43,961 nucleotides of DNA from NCBI RefSeq assembly GCF_001194135.2, contig NC_068987.1:99275391-99319351 (forward strand), in the 5' to 3' direction. Of the stretch, positions 1 to 13,335 are shown piece after piece. Origin of the DNA: Octopus bimaculoides. Its lineage: Eukaryota. Position numbers and translations under genes: made by a program. Position 1 is the first letter of the stretch. Each line of letters begins with the position of its first letter. A model generated the notes under the pieces. The model made no database searches. It was not told the origin of the DNA and worked only from the letters and a program-made list of their open reading frames with translations.

Positions 1-1023
1 TATGCATTGAGAGATATATAAATAGCTAAGATGGAGGATAAAATTTACCTCACTTCATGCTTTAACAATTTTATTGAGATTTCTTATTGTTTCCATACTT
101 CAAAATGTTTTGCTTCTCTCTATATTTAACGTAATTAATCATGTCCGTTTTTCTGTTGATTTGCCGTGATTAAATTGTTTTCAAGAGTCGTATGCTTCAG
201 ATAATTAGTCCAAACGCCGTTTCCTTTTTAATTATATGCCTTTCTCCAAATTGAACGATGGCTCAGTGGGTGATTTCAGTCAATTACGTCATATTTAATA
301 CAAAGTTTCATATGTTTTTCGCTGCAGAATTATTTCTAGAATACCCCTAACGATGCAACATGCATCCTCTTCATTCTTGTTGAAGTACGACTTTTACGGA
401 TTATTACAATCTGCGTTGTTCTCAAGTTGTTCTTAAATTTCTCCGTTAAAGCATTTTCCTAGAACAATTTCATTCATCCGTATCTGTCATATCAGGCTTC
501 CTAATTTGATTCAATTTCCTCTTAGACTTGGGAGAGGTTTTCTGTCAGTTATGTGATTTGTTGTTAGAAAATAGTGTGCAACAGAGGTTGCATTTTGTCG
601 AAACACATGGAAGAAATTTGTGCGTTTAGAATTGTGTAATTTACGCCATGCCTACATCCGTTCTAGCACATGACTAATCAATTATAATCATCAATGCATG
701 AAGCAGCTGGACGGAAATTGATTTTCACTGTAATGAATTTAATGTAAGATATGAAAAGCTTGCTGTGATAGCAACGAAATAAATATACGCTTTTAAAATT
801 CTTTAATCATCTACTGCGGGTTATAGTTGATTTAATTAGATTAGTAATTAACAGAAGAAATCTTGTTTGATACACAACCAAATAATAAGGTAAGTCAAAC
901 TTGGAGCCTTAAGACTTGGGACGAAATACACGGGCATGTGACATAGCAAAACTGGACGGAAAACGCGTAAATCGCACGCGTTTCGGTTTCTTGAATGTGA
1001 ATAACTGTGTGATTGAGTGCATG

Positions 1024-1346
1024 NNNNNNNNNNNNNNNNNNNNNNNNNNNNNNNNNNNNNNNNNNNNNNNNNNNNNNNNNNNNNNNNNNNNNNNNNNNNN
1101 NNNNNNNNNNNNNNNNNNNNNNNNNNNNNNNNNNNNNNNNNNNNNNNNNNNNNNNNNNNNNNNNNNNNNNNNNNNNNNNNNNNNNNNNNNNNNNNNNNNN
1201 NNNNNNNNNNNNNNNNNNNNNNNNNNNNNNNNNNNNNNNNNNNNNNNNNNNNNNNNNNNNNNNNNNNNNNNNNNNNNNNNNNNNNNNNNNNNNNNNNNNN
1301 NNNNNNNNNNNNNNNNNNNNNNNNNNNNNNNNNNNNNNNNNNNNNN

Positions 1347-1347
<1 letters not shown>
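1024..1347. other. Assembly gap (N)
   Basis: Run of N. Confidence 1.
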
Positions 1348-1384
<37 letters not shown>

Positions 1385-1425
1385 CGGAATAGTTAGTATA
1401 AATCATTGTGAGAAATATATTATAT

Positions 1426-1708
1426 AAAATTCGTGGTAAGGCCGGAACAGTGCGAAATAAATCCGAGGCAAATCACAAGAACACAGGCATATGAATTAAT
1501 GGAGATTTACCCTGAATTTAATATTTCAGGATTATGACCTCCTCTTCAGGAATTAGCGAATGTTGCTGTACATCTGCAACATACGCTGAAATATTGATGT
1601 ATATCTGCAATATACCCTGAAAAATTGAATCAATTAATTGACATGCCTTTTTTCTCGCGATTTGACTTGGATATATTTCGCATTGTTACAGCTTTACCCA
1701 CGAATTTT
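1426..1708. mobile_element. Fold-back / long-TIR MITE-like element
   Basis: 1426-1500 (aaaattcgtggtaaggccggaacagtgcgaaat...ggcatatgaattaat) is the reverse complement of 1633-1708. Manual alignment gives 62 of 76 matching columns. It is flanked by TA-rich sequence, so a TA TSD cannot be resolved. The centre carries a 31-bp tandem duplication (1567-1597/1598-1628). Confidence 0.75.
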
Positions 1709-1719
1709 CTATATACATA

Positions 1720-1750
<31 letters not shown>

Positions 1751-4700
1751 ATGGGTGGTGAATCCATTTGATGAACTCCGGCAAATGACAGATCCTAATT
1801 GTTAGAAATATATATGAACGCGCGTGTCTGTGTACATAGATACAAAGCAGTAGTCCTTTCTGATATGAACCTACCGAACTATGCGATAAATATCATGCGA
1901 ACCCCAAAGGTAGATTACTTTCCTAATGTCAAGGGGAAGAATATTGTTTCACCAAATCTCTCAACGAACAGATCCTGCCAGTGGGCGATGGCTGTGAAGC
2001 AGTCAAATAGATCTGGCTTTCATGTAAGTATGGGAGGAAGTCGATTCAAATTTTTTCGGTCATATTGCTAAACACATTTTAAATTTTGTTCAAAACATGC
2101 TTATATGTCCCTCATGACAACAATGTAAATATAAATGTTTTCTATCTGTACATATATGTGTAACTTCATTGTTACATGTATTTATGTAAAAGTCGCTTCC
2201 TCACTACACATAGATGCACGTATATATCTAAACAGACATATGCATATATGTGTTTGAGTGAGTGTTTCTCTAAGCCTACTCACACGTGAATATGTATCAT
2301 AAAACTGTTTTCGGAATAAAAACCATCAAAAAAAAAAAAAACGCAGGGAAGACTAATGTATTAACAAAATAATTTAATCTATCATGTTTACTTGTTTTCT
2401 CTTTCCCTTTATTATTTTAATGTCAATATATTTAAGTAAAATAAAAAAGTTTCATTTTATGAGACTTATAAGTGGTCGAATGTTTTAACTATAATTTCTT
2501 GATTCGCGTAACTTTTATTACAAATTAACTGTTCCAAGCGTTTGAAAAGTAATAAACGCTGGGAAGTTGTCAGGTGAATAAGTAGATGCAGTGTAATTTT
2601 ATATTCTAGCTCTGTTAAATTCAAAAGTGTATTTGAGAAGTATGTGGTCAAGACACGCCATGCAGCACAATTGTTACATATTTGTTAATCAGTGTTGGCT
2701 ATTTTTATTTCCGATTTCCATGCATACTGTCGATTTCTTGACAATATACGTTTTCTGTAATTGATTACACTTATTACAAACTAGAGTAGCACTCTACACC
2801 TTTTGTAAAACATAATCTTTACTGTGTGAAGCTTTTCCTTGCAAATATGTTGGCAGCTAACCATTCTCCAGGTTATTTGTCAGAGTCAAACAGCATCTAT
2901 TTCACAGCACAAGTAACTATAAGGACCAAAATGTTTGATTCTTAGTTTTGATAAGAGTTCAAAATTCTACGCTTGATACTGAAAGTGCTATCTAATCAGT
3001 GCGTGTGAAAATGCTTACCCAAAGTTTTCATTATTTTGAGGGCCCAGAAAGAGCAAGAAATATAGGATAATAGTTTCCAGTTTCCGTCAAGTCAGGTATA
3101 TGTTATCGCTATGTTGTAATAGTGGTTTTAGCAACAGTTTTCCTAATTAGATCATATCTCAATTACATCTGGCTTCCATACTGGCCCATTCCTAAAGTGA
3201 CCTTTTCATATATGTGTAATATGTATATGTGTGTGTATGCGTATGTGTGTGAGTGTGTATATATGTATACATTTATATATACACATAAAGAGAGAGGGAG
3301 ATAGATACATACATACTTGCATAGGTACATGCATAGAAACATAAAAGGGTACACAGCATGCATATAAACATATATTTGTAAATGCATGATTACGTATCTA
3401 TATGCGGTATCTGAATACTGTACAAACATGCAGTGACTGTTGGAGTAGCAAAATAGTTTTATAGCATCATTTCACTCACTGGAAGGGTATTTCTTGTTTG
3501 AAGCTACGCCTATAATTTATGCTGCTCGTGGTAATTTTTAAAATTAAATTCAATAAATAACCCTTGAAAAGTTTATATATATCATCTTTCAAGACGATAC
3601 ATAAGGTGCTTAAAACATCTGACACAACCTGCTTACATTACACAAAGTCCTACTCGTGAAAGCATGTTTTAAACTAAGAAGACAACCATTGTAAGATATA
3701 ATTTCAATAATAGGTTTGATAAATCAGAACTTACTGATAATTTATATTAGATATGTACTGTATTTCCACCCTCAGTTTACGCATGGCTCCATCAAATCTT
3801 GAAACGTAAGTGGCTTTCATTAATGTTCATTCTCACATAGCTCGATTGCATCAAGTTTGACGTAAGTTCATACAAAACATATCACCATACAAATATTAAG
3901 GACGTTTTGCTGCGGCCATAGAATCTTAAGTTTGTGTTTTTTCCCTTTTCTTTTAATATTCTATATATTCTCCAATTCATCAAGCTTTCACACTGTGAAG
4001 TAAATTTGCGAGAAGGTCATCACGAGATTTATCTTCCCTCTAAAACTAAACTGAAACGAATCTATCAACGGGAATATATTGTTATCTAGTCAGATGATTT
4101 TCGGTCGTCATGGAGACTATTCTCTTGAACAAATCGGACGAAGTATTCCGCGTTTTGTTACGATGCCACATATAACAAACTAGAGCTCTTTATCACGCAG
4201 GGAAAAAGTGATGCAAGTCAGTTTATGAACGAAACATGTATCACAGATGACAGAGGCCATATAGACGTAAGCTTCATTTTTGTTCCCATACGATTCATAT
4301 CATAAGATGTACAGAAAAGAAAATATATTTTAGATTTTTTGCAATTCGAAATGAATTTTCTTTCAGATCTTTCGCAACGTAATCGCACCTAATCGCTAGT
4401 GTGATTGAATTTTTATAACTCGTGTAATTTGCTTATTTTTCTCGGGTGGTGAATATCCATATTAACGTGTTCCCAACAGACATGTAGAAAGTTGTTTGGG
4501 TAACCCGTTACAGAATTCACACGATATATGCAGTTATTGTGAATACTAATCGCAGTATAGCATTAGTATGGGTAACCAGGAATTGAGTCTCGAATATTCA
4601 CCTATTAATGGTATTATAAATGGAGAACACTGTGAATTGTTGATTTGTAACCTAGTCGCTTAAATATTAGAGGAAACAAAAATCCTTTTGTCGAAAAAAA

Positions 4701-7590
4701 ACCAAAAAAATATAAAAGGTTGCCAGCTATATTTCAGGTATTTCGGAACCTATTATTTATTTGTAGTAAAGGATCATGAAAATACCAACTGTTCTGTTTA
4801 ACCTAATTAATTAATATAGCAGGATATGCTCCATGAACTGTTGTGCTTCGAGAAAAGTAGCCTATAAAATGGTATGTATGTTAGGAAAAAGTAGTTAGTG
4901 GGTTACTCCACTTCGTATTACATAAAAAAAAAACTTCGGGGTCCACTTACCTTTGCTATCTACGTAGAGACTCCCGTGTAAACATACATTTGCAGCCTTA
5001 GTAATATAGGCGGTTGAGAATGAGAGTGAGAGAGAGCGAGGAAGAGAAAGAGATAGATAGATAGAGAGTAAGAGAGGGGGAGAGAGGAGGAGAGAGATAG
5101 GGGTGGAGAGAAAGAGAAAGTGATAACGAATGTTTATCGGGTACTGCATATTTAGCAGGTACACATGTTTGGAGAGTAAATGTACTCAACCGTTAGTAAC
5201 TGATAAAAATGGCAACGCAATTCTAGAATCCCATTTTGGAAGTCCCTATTTTATAATTATCAGAGATATTCATCAATCTTTATCGTTTTCTTTCCACTAA
5301 TTTTTTTTAGAACAAGTAAAGCAGTGTGTTTTCGGCAATAAAAAGATTTCCATTCCATTTGTGATCCATAAAACCAGTCATTATTTAGCATGATATAGGG
5401 TTTAAGACAAGGAACCAGTAATCATTTCGGGCATTGTGATTCTCATTCATAGAATTAGTTGGAAATTTATCCCCGAGCAAACGAAATCATGTAGTGAATT
5501 CTGTGAAAGATAACAAGATACATGATTAAGTAAAAAAAAAAGTAAAAGACAAAATAATAGAGAAAATTATTTCTCAAGAGACATCATTTGTGCATGTAAT
5601 TTAGGATGATCAACTACAGTAGAGTTGTGATTTGAAATCTATGCGGATAAAAAGTTAAATGAGGTGGATATTAAAATAAAGTTATAGTGACAGAACAAAA
5701 CATTTAAGTATATTAGATTTTCAATTAAAAACAAATTAAGAATTCCATTTACAGAAAGTTCAATATAAAATATATATTTCAGCTGTCATTATATCTACGT
5801 TTCTCCTCGCTGTATAACAGTGTTGGAGTGTTTACAATTAAATTGTAATCATGATATTTGAAAAAAAAAACAAAGTTTTGTCAAAAGTCATATTGAATAT
5901 AATTGCATGTACATGCATCCAAATATCGATACACACATCAGCCACACATAGGATAGAGACAGTGAGGGCATAGATCAGAGACTGATGTGCAGATAGATTC
6001 AGTCATGTGAAATGAAAACGTGTGTGAAATGGAAATATATAATCTAACGACCAGGTACTTAACGTCAGGAAGTTTAAGTCGCTTGAGAAAGCCAGCAAAT
6101 TACTTTCTTACTAAATATCACATAAAATAACTTTTATTCTACTTTTCACAATAAAGCAACTCTCCCAGACTGCATACCAATTTCTTACAATAAATAAGTA
6201 AATGTAGTAGCCTCAGTGATGCCATTGTCTTAGTTGTTTCTTCAGTATTCAATCTTCATTAGATTGCGACATTGTTATCTTTAGTATATTGTCAATTATT
6301 AATTTTAATGCGTTGGCACATTTGTTTCAGATAGCAAAATTAGTCATACCACACACAAATGTAAGATTCTTAGATGCTTTTATCTTTCTTGCAAAGCAGA
6401 TTACTACTTCACAGAGCGAAATTTATTTGTGACTTCCGTCTCATTATATGCAATCACGTTATAACACTCACCGTAAATTCAAATAGAACAACACAATTAT
6501 GTGTTACATTTATACAATAGATAATAACTCCGAGATTCCATCATACAAGGACATCTAAAGTCCTCAGATCGTTGAACGCAATGCACAAATGCACCCAAAT
6601 AATATATATGTTGACCGAAAGCGAACTTTGTAAACACAATTTTATGTTATTTGAACATCTAGCATAATACACAATAAAATTGAATAATGCAGAAAATTAA
6701 GAAAATAGAACAATTTATTATAATACCAAGTTTTAATAATATCTACATATCATCGAAATAGAAGAATCATTTGTGGTTTAGAAATATTAATGCTAAATAA
6801 AGAGGCGTCCGTGTGTTTCGTTTATGTCTGTGTGTGCGTGTGTGCGCGCGCGTCTATATGTATACGTGTGTATGTGCATACATGTGTATCTATATATGAA
6901 GATCTCAACTGATAAAGTGGCAAAACTTCGTACTTACGCATTATTTTATAGATCCGCATTCTTTTAAAGATTAATGCAACATCATTATTGCGGATTATTT
7001 GCAATGCAGCACTAATTGAAAACTAGTTCAAATATCCGAATGCGACACAAATGCGCCATTTTGCTTGTGGCGCTGTATGATTGAAGTAACCACAGTTATT
7101 ACTGTCACCTTAACGGTAACAATCAATTACAGTAGTAATCACATATAGTGTTAACTTAACTTGAGAAAGTGGTTTCTCTGTATCAGAAACTGTTAAAATT
7201 AATATTGCTCTCTATATTGTTCCCAAACCTAGTGAGCTGTGGAAAGGTTACATCCACCCCCCCCCCCCAAAAAAAAAAGAAAATCGTTGTCAGTTGTTCA
7301 AAACCTGTCAATGTCTTTTAGAAATCCCTATTACAACATTCCATGAGATCACATCAGATACGATGCTTTAAAATTCCTTCAAAACAGTCCATGAATATCA
7401 CATCTACACATGTGACAGGTTTAAATTTCAAAATGTGGTGGATAATATAGTGGATAGTATAGATTCTAAGCTAAGGAACAATGTTTGAGATACCGCCACT
7501 ATTTGAGGAAAAAGTACTTATGCGTGTAAACTTGAAGAAAGGCATGTCAGCTTAAGAAGACAGAACATGTATTCCTATTTCTGAATAAGA

Positions 7591-8120
7591 CGTATTATAA
7601 AATCATAGTTTTTGACTTTTGGTAGGGTAATACCACTTTCAAGATAGCTTTAGAAATGTACAAAACTAAGCATATCGTTGTATATTTACATGGATTGTGT
7701 CACAGGAATATTATGATGTAAAAATATCTTTGATGATAAATTATTGGTATCAATGATTTTGGAAAAACACAGCTGAATTGGTTATTTAGTGCAGTTTATC
7801 AAACAATTGACAAATTTCATGGAAACAACGTATTATGAAATCATACTTTTTGTCTTTTGCTAGGCTAATGCCACATTGAAGAGAGCTTTAAAAATGTACA
7901 GAAATGAGTATACGGTTGTATATAGGCATGGAGAAATTACAGAGATATGATATGAACCTCTAGTTGCGTTTACACGTATTTTGCCACAGTGTTACTACGT
8001 AATATTACGATACAAAATTATCTGAAATAAATAATTGTTAGCGATGATTTTGGAAATGCACAGTTAAACTGGTTGTTTAGTGCAGGTATCAAACAAGTGA
8101 CAAAATTCATAGAAAATAAG
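7591..8120. repeat. Diverged two-unit tandem duplication (238 bp + 292 bp)
   Basis: Both units begin cgtattat(a/g)aaatcata(g/c)tttttg and share atgattttggaaa...tttagtgcag...tcaaacaa(t/g)tgacaaa(t/a)ttcat. Unit 2 (7829-8120) has about 55 extra bp internally. Confidence 0.8.
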
Positions 8121-8640
8121 CGTTCATTTTGTTATAAAATTAAGTGAATTAATTTGCAAATCTATAGAAAACGTTAGGAATTATTTTTTTTTCAAATTTC
8201 TAACATACCTGGCTTCCTATGTGTCACATTTATTGTCCTATTTTGAAAGACAATTAGTCATATACACAACTCTATCACATCCTATTCATCAAATTACCAT
8301 TTGATTGACATAAGGTCTTAGTTTCATGGAATCTACATCTATGAATGACAATTGTTTTAATATGTTCGAATTATAAATTATAAATTGCACATTTAAGATA
8401 GAAAGTTCTTCAGCTTATCAGAATATCTTGGATAGTGAAATGGTTGCGGGGAGGCGGATAAACTTAAAGATCTCTTTCATTATTGATTTGCCATAAACCT
8501 AGTGGATATTTAGGATGGAATAAATTGATATGTGGAGAGGCAGAATAAACCATACCCTTTAAGCTGTGATGGTCGACGCAGGGTGATCATTCTTACGTAT
8601 ATTTCCAGATAAATCTCTTTCTCCCCCTCTTTCTCCCCCT

Positions 8641-8752
<112 letters not shown>

Positions 8753-9536
8753 GCATATACACATACACACGCGAACACGAACTCATACACGTGCGCGCAC
8801 GCATATACGCACAGAGGCATATATACATACATGTCTGTGAGTGTGTCTGTGTTATTCTGAATGTATTCAGAGCTTCAATGTACAGTCTTTAACTAATAAA
8901 ATAACTACCGATTTATCCAACAACATCATCGGTTTATGTGTGTTCTCATGCAAACGTAATCCATAGTGAAACACCATAAACACACAGAACACTATGATGT
9001 ACTGACAAATAAAAAAAACATTCATATTTTTTAATAAAGCAGAATAAACCAAACATGACTCAGTTTTTAATCTGACTAGCAGTAAGCCTGAAGAGAAACT
9101 TGGTATAGGTATGTCAGCGTTACATCAATTGTGTATCTAATATCAGCCACCAAGCTCGTTTTGAAAAGTTACATAAGAATATATGGTAGGGAAGAAACCT
9201 TCAAAGATCATGTTTTCTATATTAATCTTTATCGGAAAAATATTGCCGAAGGCTACATATTTTTATGACAATAAACAGAACACAATTGCATCCATTTATC
9301 GATACAAACACACGCTCATACACAGACAGACACACACACATACACACACACGCACAAACAAACATGGACATACATATAGTATATACGGGTATTTTTAGAT
9401 ACACATACTTGTTTATATCCCGTAAATCCTACTCGTATTTTGAATTATATGAGAATTTTCTGCGTGAATATGTGTTCCTCTGTGTATTGGAATTTACGTG
9501 TGCAGACAAGAGCCTACGCTTACGAACGGACAAGTA

Positions 9537-9537
<1 letters not shown>

Positions 9538-9587
<50 letters not shown>

Positions 9588-9628
9588 CTGTGTATATATA
9601 TGTGTGTGTGTGTGTGTGCGTGTGTGTA
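9538..9628. repeat. (TA)n(TG)n microsatellite
   Basis: Seen directly. Confidence 0.95.
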
Positions 9629-10499
9629 CAAAATGCTCGCATTCACGTACACACCAAAATACACACATGCACCCACCCATGCACACACAAATGCAAACAT
9701 ACACACATATATTTAAGCCCTTAATGTGTCTATATTATATAAAATATATCTGTATGCAGGTTTGTTTGTATGCAGTATTATGCATTAATACATGGTATTT
9801 AGAAATATGTGCATGAAACTGTATCCCTCAGTTTTCTTACCTCAAGTTGTTTTTGATAATCCACGAACACAAATTCCACACAACATTTTCAGCTGTTCCA
9901 TAACTCATTTACAGAAAATTTATATTTTGTGCCCAACACTTTAATCATGCATTTTTTTTGTTTCATTATATTCTTAATGGTTTCGCTGCCAGGCTGTGGC
10001 TGTAGAGAATTAGGAACCAAGTGCATCCCAGAAATGTATCATTCGTAGTGTTTTTGTTTTTTTACTCTTATTTCTCTTTATTGCACAATATAACAAGTCC
10101 TTTCAATTTTGACATGATGTGCCTGATATAATGCTTTAATAATGGTGTTGTTTTCCTTGAGCAGAGTGTCTCCAATATCCAAGTGAACGGTAAACTTTCA
10201 AATAATTGTGTTTTTTGTTTCTGTTTTTTGGTATAAATCTTCGGCCTGCCTAAAATAGTTTGTTTTCCTGCTACATTTTTCTCTGTCTCTTCGTTTATCA
10301 ATAGGTTTTGTTTATTGTTTACACATGTACATGTAATTTCAGCATACTAACTCGCAAGATCTTACCATACCCTTATCTCCTACATCATAACTGAGCGTGT
10401 CATAAGAAGTTTATCGGACAGATAATAAGATGTACCTAAACGTTGGTGAATATGGAACTTCATGAAATAATGTTTTTCATTGGATAAACAAGTTTATAT

Positions 10500-10900
10500 C
10501 TTGGCTGATACTTTATTTTGAAGCATATTTGAAAAATTATGCAAATGTGTATTCAGATATTTGGGATTTGTAGTTTTATTGGAAATTTTCGTTCGGCATT
10601 ATACCGCTGATATCTTTTCAATATTTTAATAAAAATATTTATATCATAAGAAGTTTAATGTAGACCTTCATTTATACGTAGTGTAATCCCTTAGGAGATT
10701 GATGCTTATTCCTGTAACCGCATCTCTATATAGAAAAGGATGATGTTTCAGCGACTGCTCTATACTGGTGTATATCTGTGGTTGTCTGAAATACTAAACA
10801 CCTGACAACTAATATTTCTGTAGGCTTAATCCAGGACAGCATTTTCACCTAAGCAATACAATAAGGAATCATATGTCTGATACTAGATGAAATTACCTAC
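10500..10900 (-). pseudogene. Possible decayed Ty3/gypsy gag fragment
   Basis: Minus-strand reading at about 10837-10873 gives YDSLLYCLGENA, resembling the N-terminal LLYCLGEEA motif of gypsy Gag. The rest of the region is full of stops and only weakly similar. Confidence 0.3.
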
Positions 10901-11191
10901 TCACCATTTAGCAATCTTTTAAGAACAGTCATTTTAACTCGTGCCTAGGTGTAACTGCCAAGTATTACGAAATGTTTCGAGGTCGAGTAATTGCGGGTAT
11001 CGTATCGTAATTCTAGATTCACCCAAAATAGGATATTTGCATCTGATGGGCTCCTTCCAAAGAAACCTTACAGTCGGTCTTTCTAAACCAAAAAAAGAAA
11101 TGCAGTCAGAGATAATTGTAGTTCAGAGAATGATGTATACATTCACAAGGTGTTTCTTCATCTCACATAGTGTTTCTTGTGGAATCCTTAC

Positions 11192-11365
11192 TGTTGTGTC
11201 AACGCCCCCAAGCGAAGAAGTAGGCTCGACCAAGACATATAAATAGAGGTAGTCTGACCGTGGTAGAGTTGGACTGACGGTAGACTGACTGCTCAGTAGC
11301 TGTTGAGTAGCAGTCGCGTAGAGATCATCCGAAGGGGCGAGATAGCAGTAGCTTGAGACATAACA
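11192..11365 (+). mobile_element. Solo LTR (174 bp) with 5-bp target-site duplication
   Basis: Starts TGTTGTGTC and ends GACATAACA (TG...CA; 8 of 9 bases form an inverted terminus). Identical CTTAC on both sides (11187-11191 and 11366-11370). TATAAATA at 11238-11245 suggests plus orientation. Confidence 0.85.
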
Positions 11366-12700
11366 CTTACTGAGGTAGACTTGTTTTTAAAATGTTCCAT
11401 TTCTGCCTTATTTAGATTACAACAGAAGCTTATTTCAAGTACCAAAAACAGGAAACCTATCCGTTACTTACCGCAATTATTTGAATTATTTAGGAAGGCA
11501 AAAGTGAACGAGAAGCGAAAAGTTTATAGATTAGCTAATGTCAAACAAGCACCAGTAATGTAAGATGTAAAGTGTATGGGCTGATCGGAACTATGTACTC
11601 AACTGAATATTTTTTTTACTTCATTTTTTGCTCGTAAATTATAGAATATTTCAAAGTGTGTAATATAACAAGACTTATATCATGCACAGCCAAGTAAACG
11701 TACTGTAAAATAGGAGATGCTAGAGACTGTCCTCTATTAGAAAATAGCAAACTAGACTGTTGTATATCGGCATTTCATTCAAATTAAGGCAATGTAATCC
11801 TATGAATAATACTTTAGTTTTAAAACTTATAGCGAATGTAATTTAACCTTATCATTGTGTTTACCAAAAGCGATCTAACTGTTTGATATTGTTTGAATTA
11901 CATCATTAAAATTCTCCACCAGAACCGTAGTATGTTAGTCGGGCCTGTAAGCTATTTTAGTAATGAAACGACTAACTTCAATATTTCATTTGGAAGAACA
12001 TCTAATGAAATATATGGACACTGTACAACTAATATTTCATTTAATATCTGTTGCTTTTCATTACCGTGTTATTTATGATGGTAGTAAACCTTTACAGATT
12101 TTGTTGTTTCACCATTCCTTCTAATCAAATTCTTAAAAACGAATAGCAATAAAGAGTTCTCATACATTGTAAAAGAAAAATTCACAAGAGTAGCAATACA
12201 AAAATATGACAAGAATTACAAATAATTCACCACAGCATTTTACGATGGAATCTTATAGTACTGACTAAAAGTGAAAGCAAACAAGCCAGTTATCAGAGGT
12301 GAAACATCAAAGGAAAAGAAAAATACAGACGTTGACAGAAGATACGAGGTCCATTTCAGAAATTTAGAAACTCCTTTTTAGTAGAGGGAGTTATAACTGC
12401 CTGAGAAATTTGTTATTCCAGGTTGAAAGAGATGGTTGTAACAGCATTTTGACCACAAATCGCTAAACGTTGCTTCTCACAACTGACTAGATTGTAGAAT
12501 GAACGGGACGTTTAGAAGCTCACTAAATTATAATGAACTGTGATATATTAGGCAAACACGCGACAAAACTTGTGAAATGCCCCGTATGGGTTAATTTCCT
12601 CGCTGCCACAAAAGATTTAAGATGGGTAGAGTCCAGATGAGAGACGAAGAGAATTATGGGAGAATGAAACATCAGAACATCACGAATTATTGGCGGAGAT

Positions 12701-13075
12701 ATGAACAAATGCAAAAGTTGTGCAAACTGTGTTTCCAAGGTGCGTGTTTCCATGGTAGTTATCCAATTGACACAGATGGACATCAGAACTCTCACTCAAC
12801 CTCCCTACAGTCTATCCCTTTCTCGCTGTGACAGTTGTTTGTTCCCTCAACTAAAGGAGAATCTCAGTGTTGGTCATTTGATGGTAAAGGTGGCTGTGAC
12901 AAGTGTCTTAGACACTTCACGTTGGAGGTCTGCACCAGAGCCCTCAAAATTGGTGGAACGTAAGAAGCACATTGAAGTTAGAAATTTCAATTTTGAAGGG
13001 GATTAGAATTTTATACTTCATTGAAATCAATAAACGTCTCTCCTGATAACGTTTCAGAATTTCTGGAGTGACTCA
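12701..13075 (+). pseudogene. Mariner transposase C-terminal remnant
   Basis: ORF 12701-13006 reads LTQMDIRTLTQPPYSLSLSRCDSCLFPQLKENL...LVERKKHIEVRNFNFEGD*. This matches the mariner HPPYSPDLAPCDFxLFPKLKE motif and the ERxxKCIExxGxYFEGD terminus. The 5' part is unrecognisable and the right boundary is approximate. Confidence 0.8.
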
Positions 13076-13239
13076 TTTACACATCAAATTCATGATTTTA
13101 AATGAAGTTGATACAAGTGTTGTTAACTGAAGTATTGCCAAAGTAAATGAATCTATATATAATCGTTGGCTACGTCTGCATTTTTTAAATTTCAGAGAAA
13201 ACCGAAAATGTTGAACAGAATGCACTCAGTGTATTTGTA

Positions 13240-13335
13240 CAAGTATGTATGTAGGTACGTATATATGTATGTATGTATGTATGAATACATGTATGTATTT
13301 ATGTATGTATGTTGGTATTATGTCTGTATGTATGT
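13240..13335. repeat. (TATG)n microsatellite
   Basis: Seen directly. Confidence 0.9.

Noticed and set aside
4951-4996. Minus-strand candidate exon (AANVCLHGSLYVDSK) with AG|GTAAGT donor
   Set aside because: Isolated, unrecognised peptide, and its pyrimidine tract is just a (CT) repeat.
9088-9099. CTGAAGAGAAAC hammerhead-like words
   Set aside because: There is no room for stem II and no stem I pairing.
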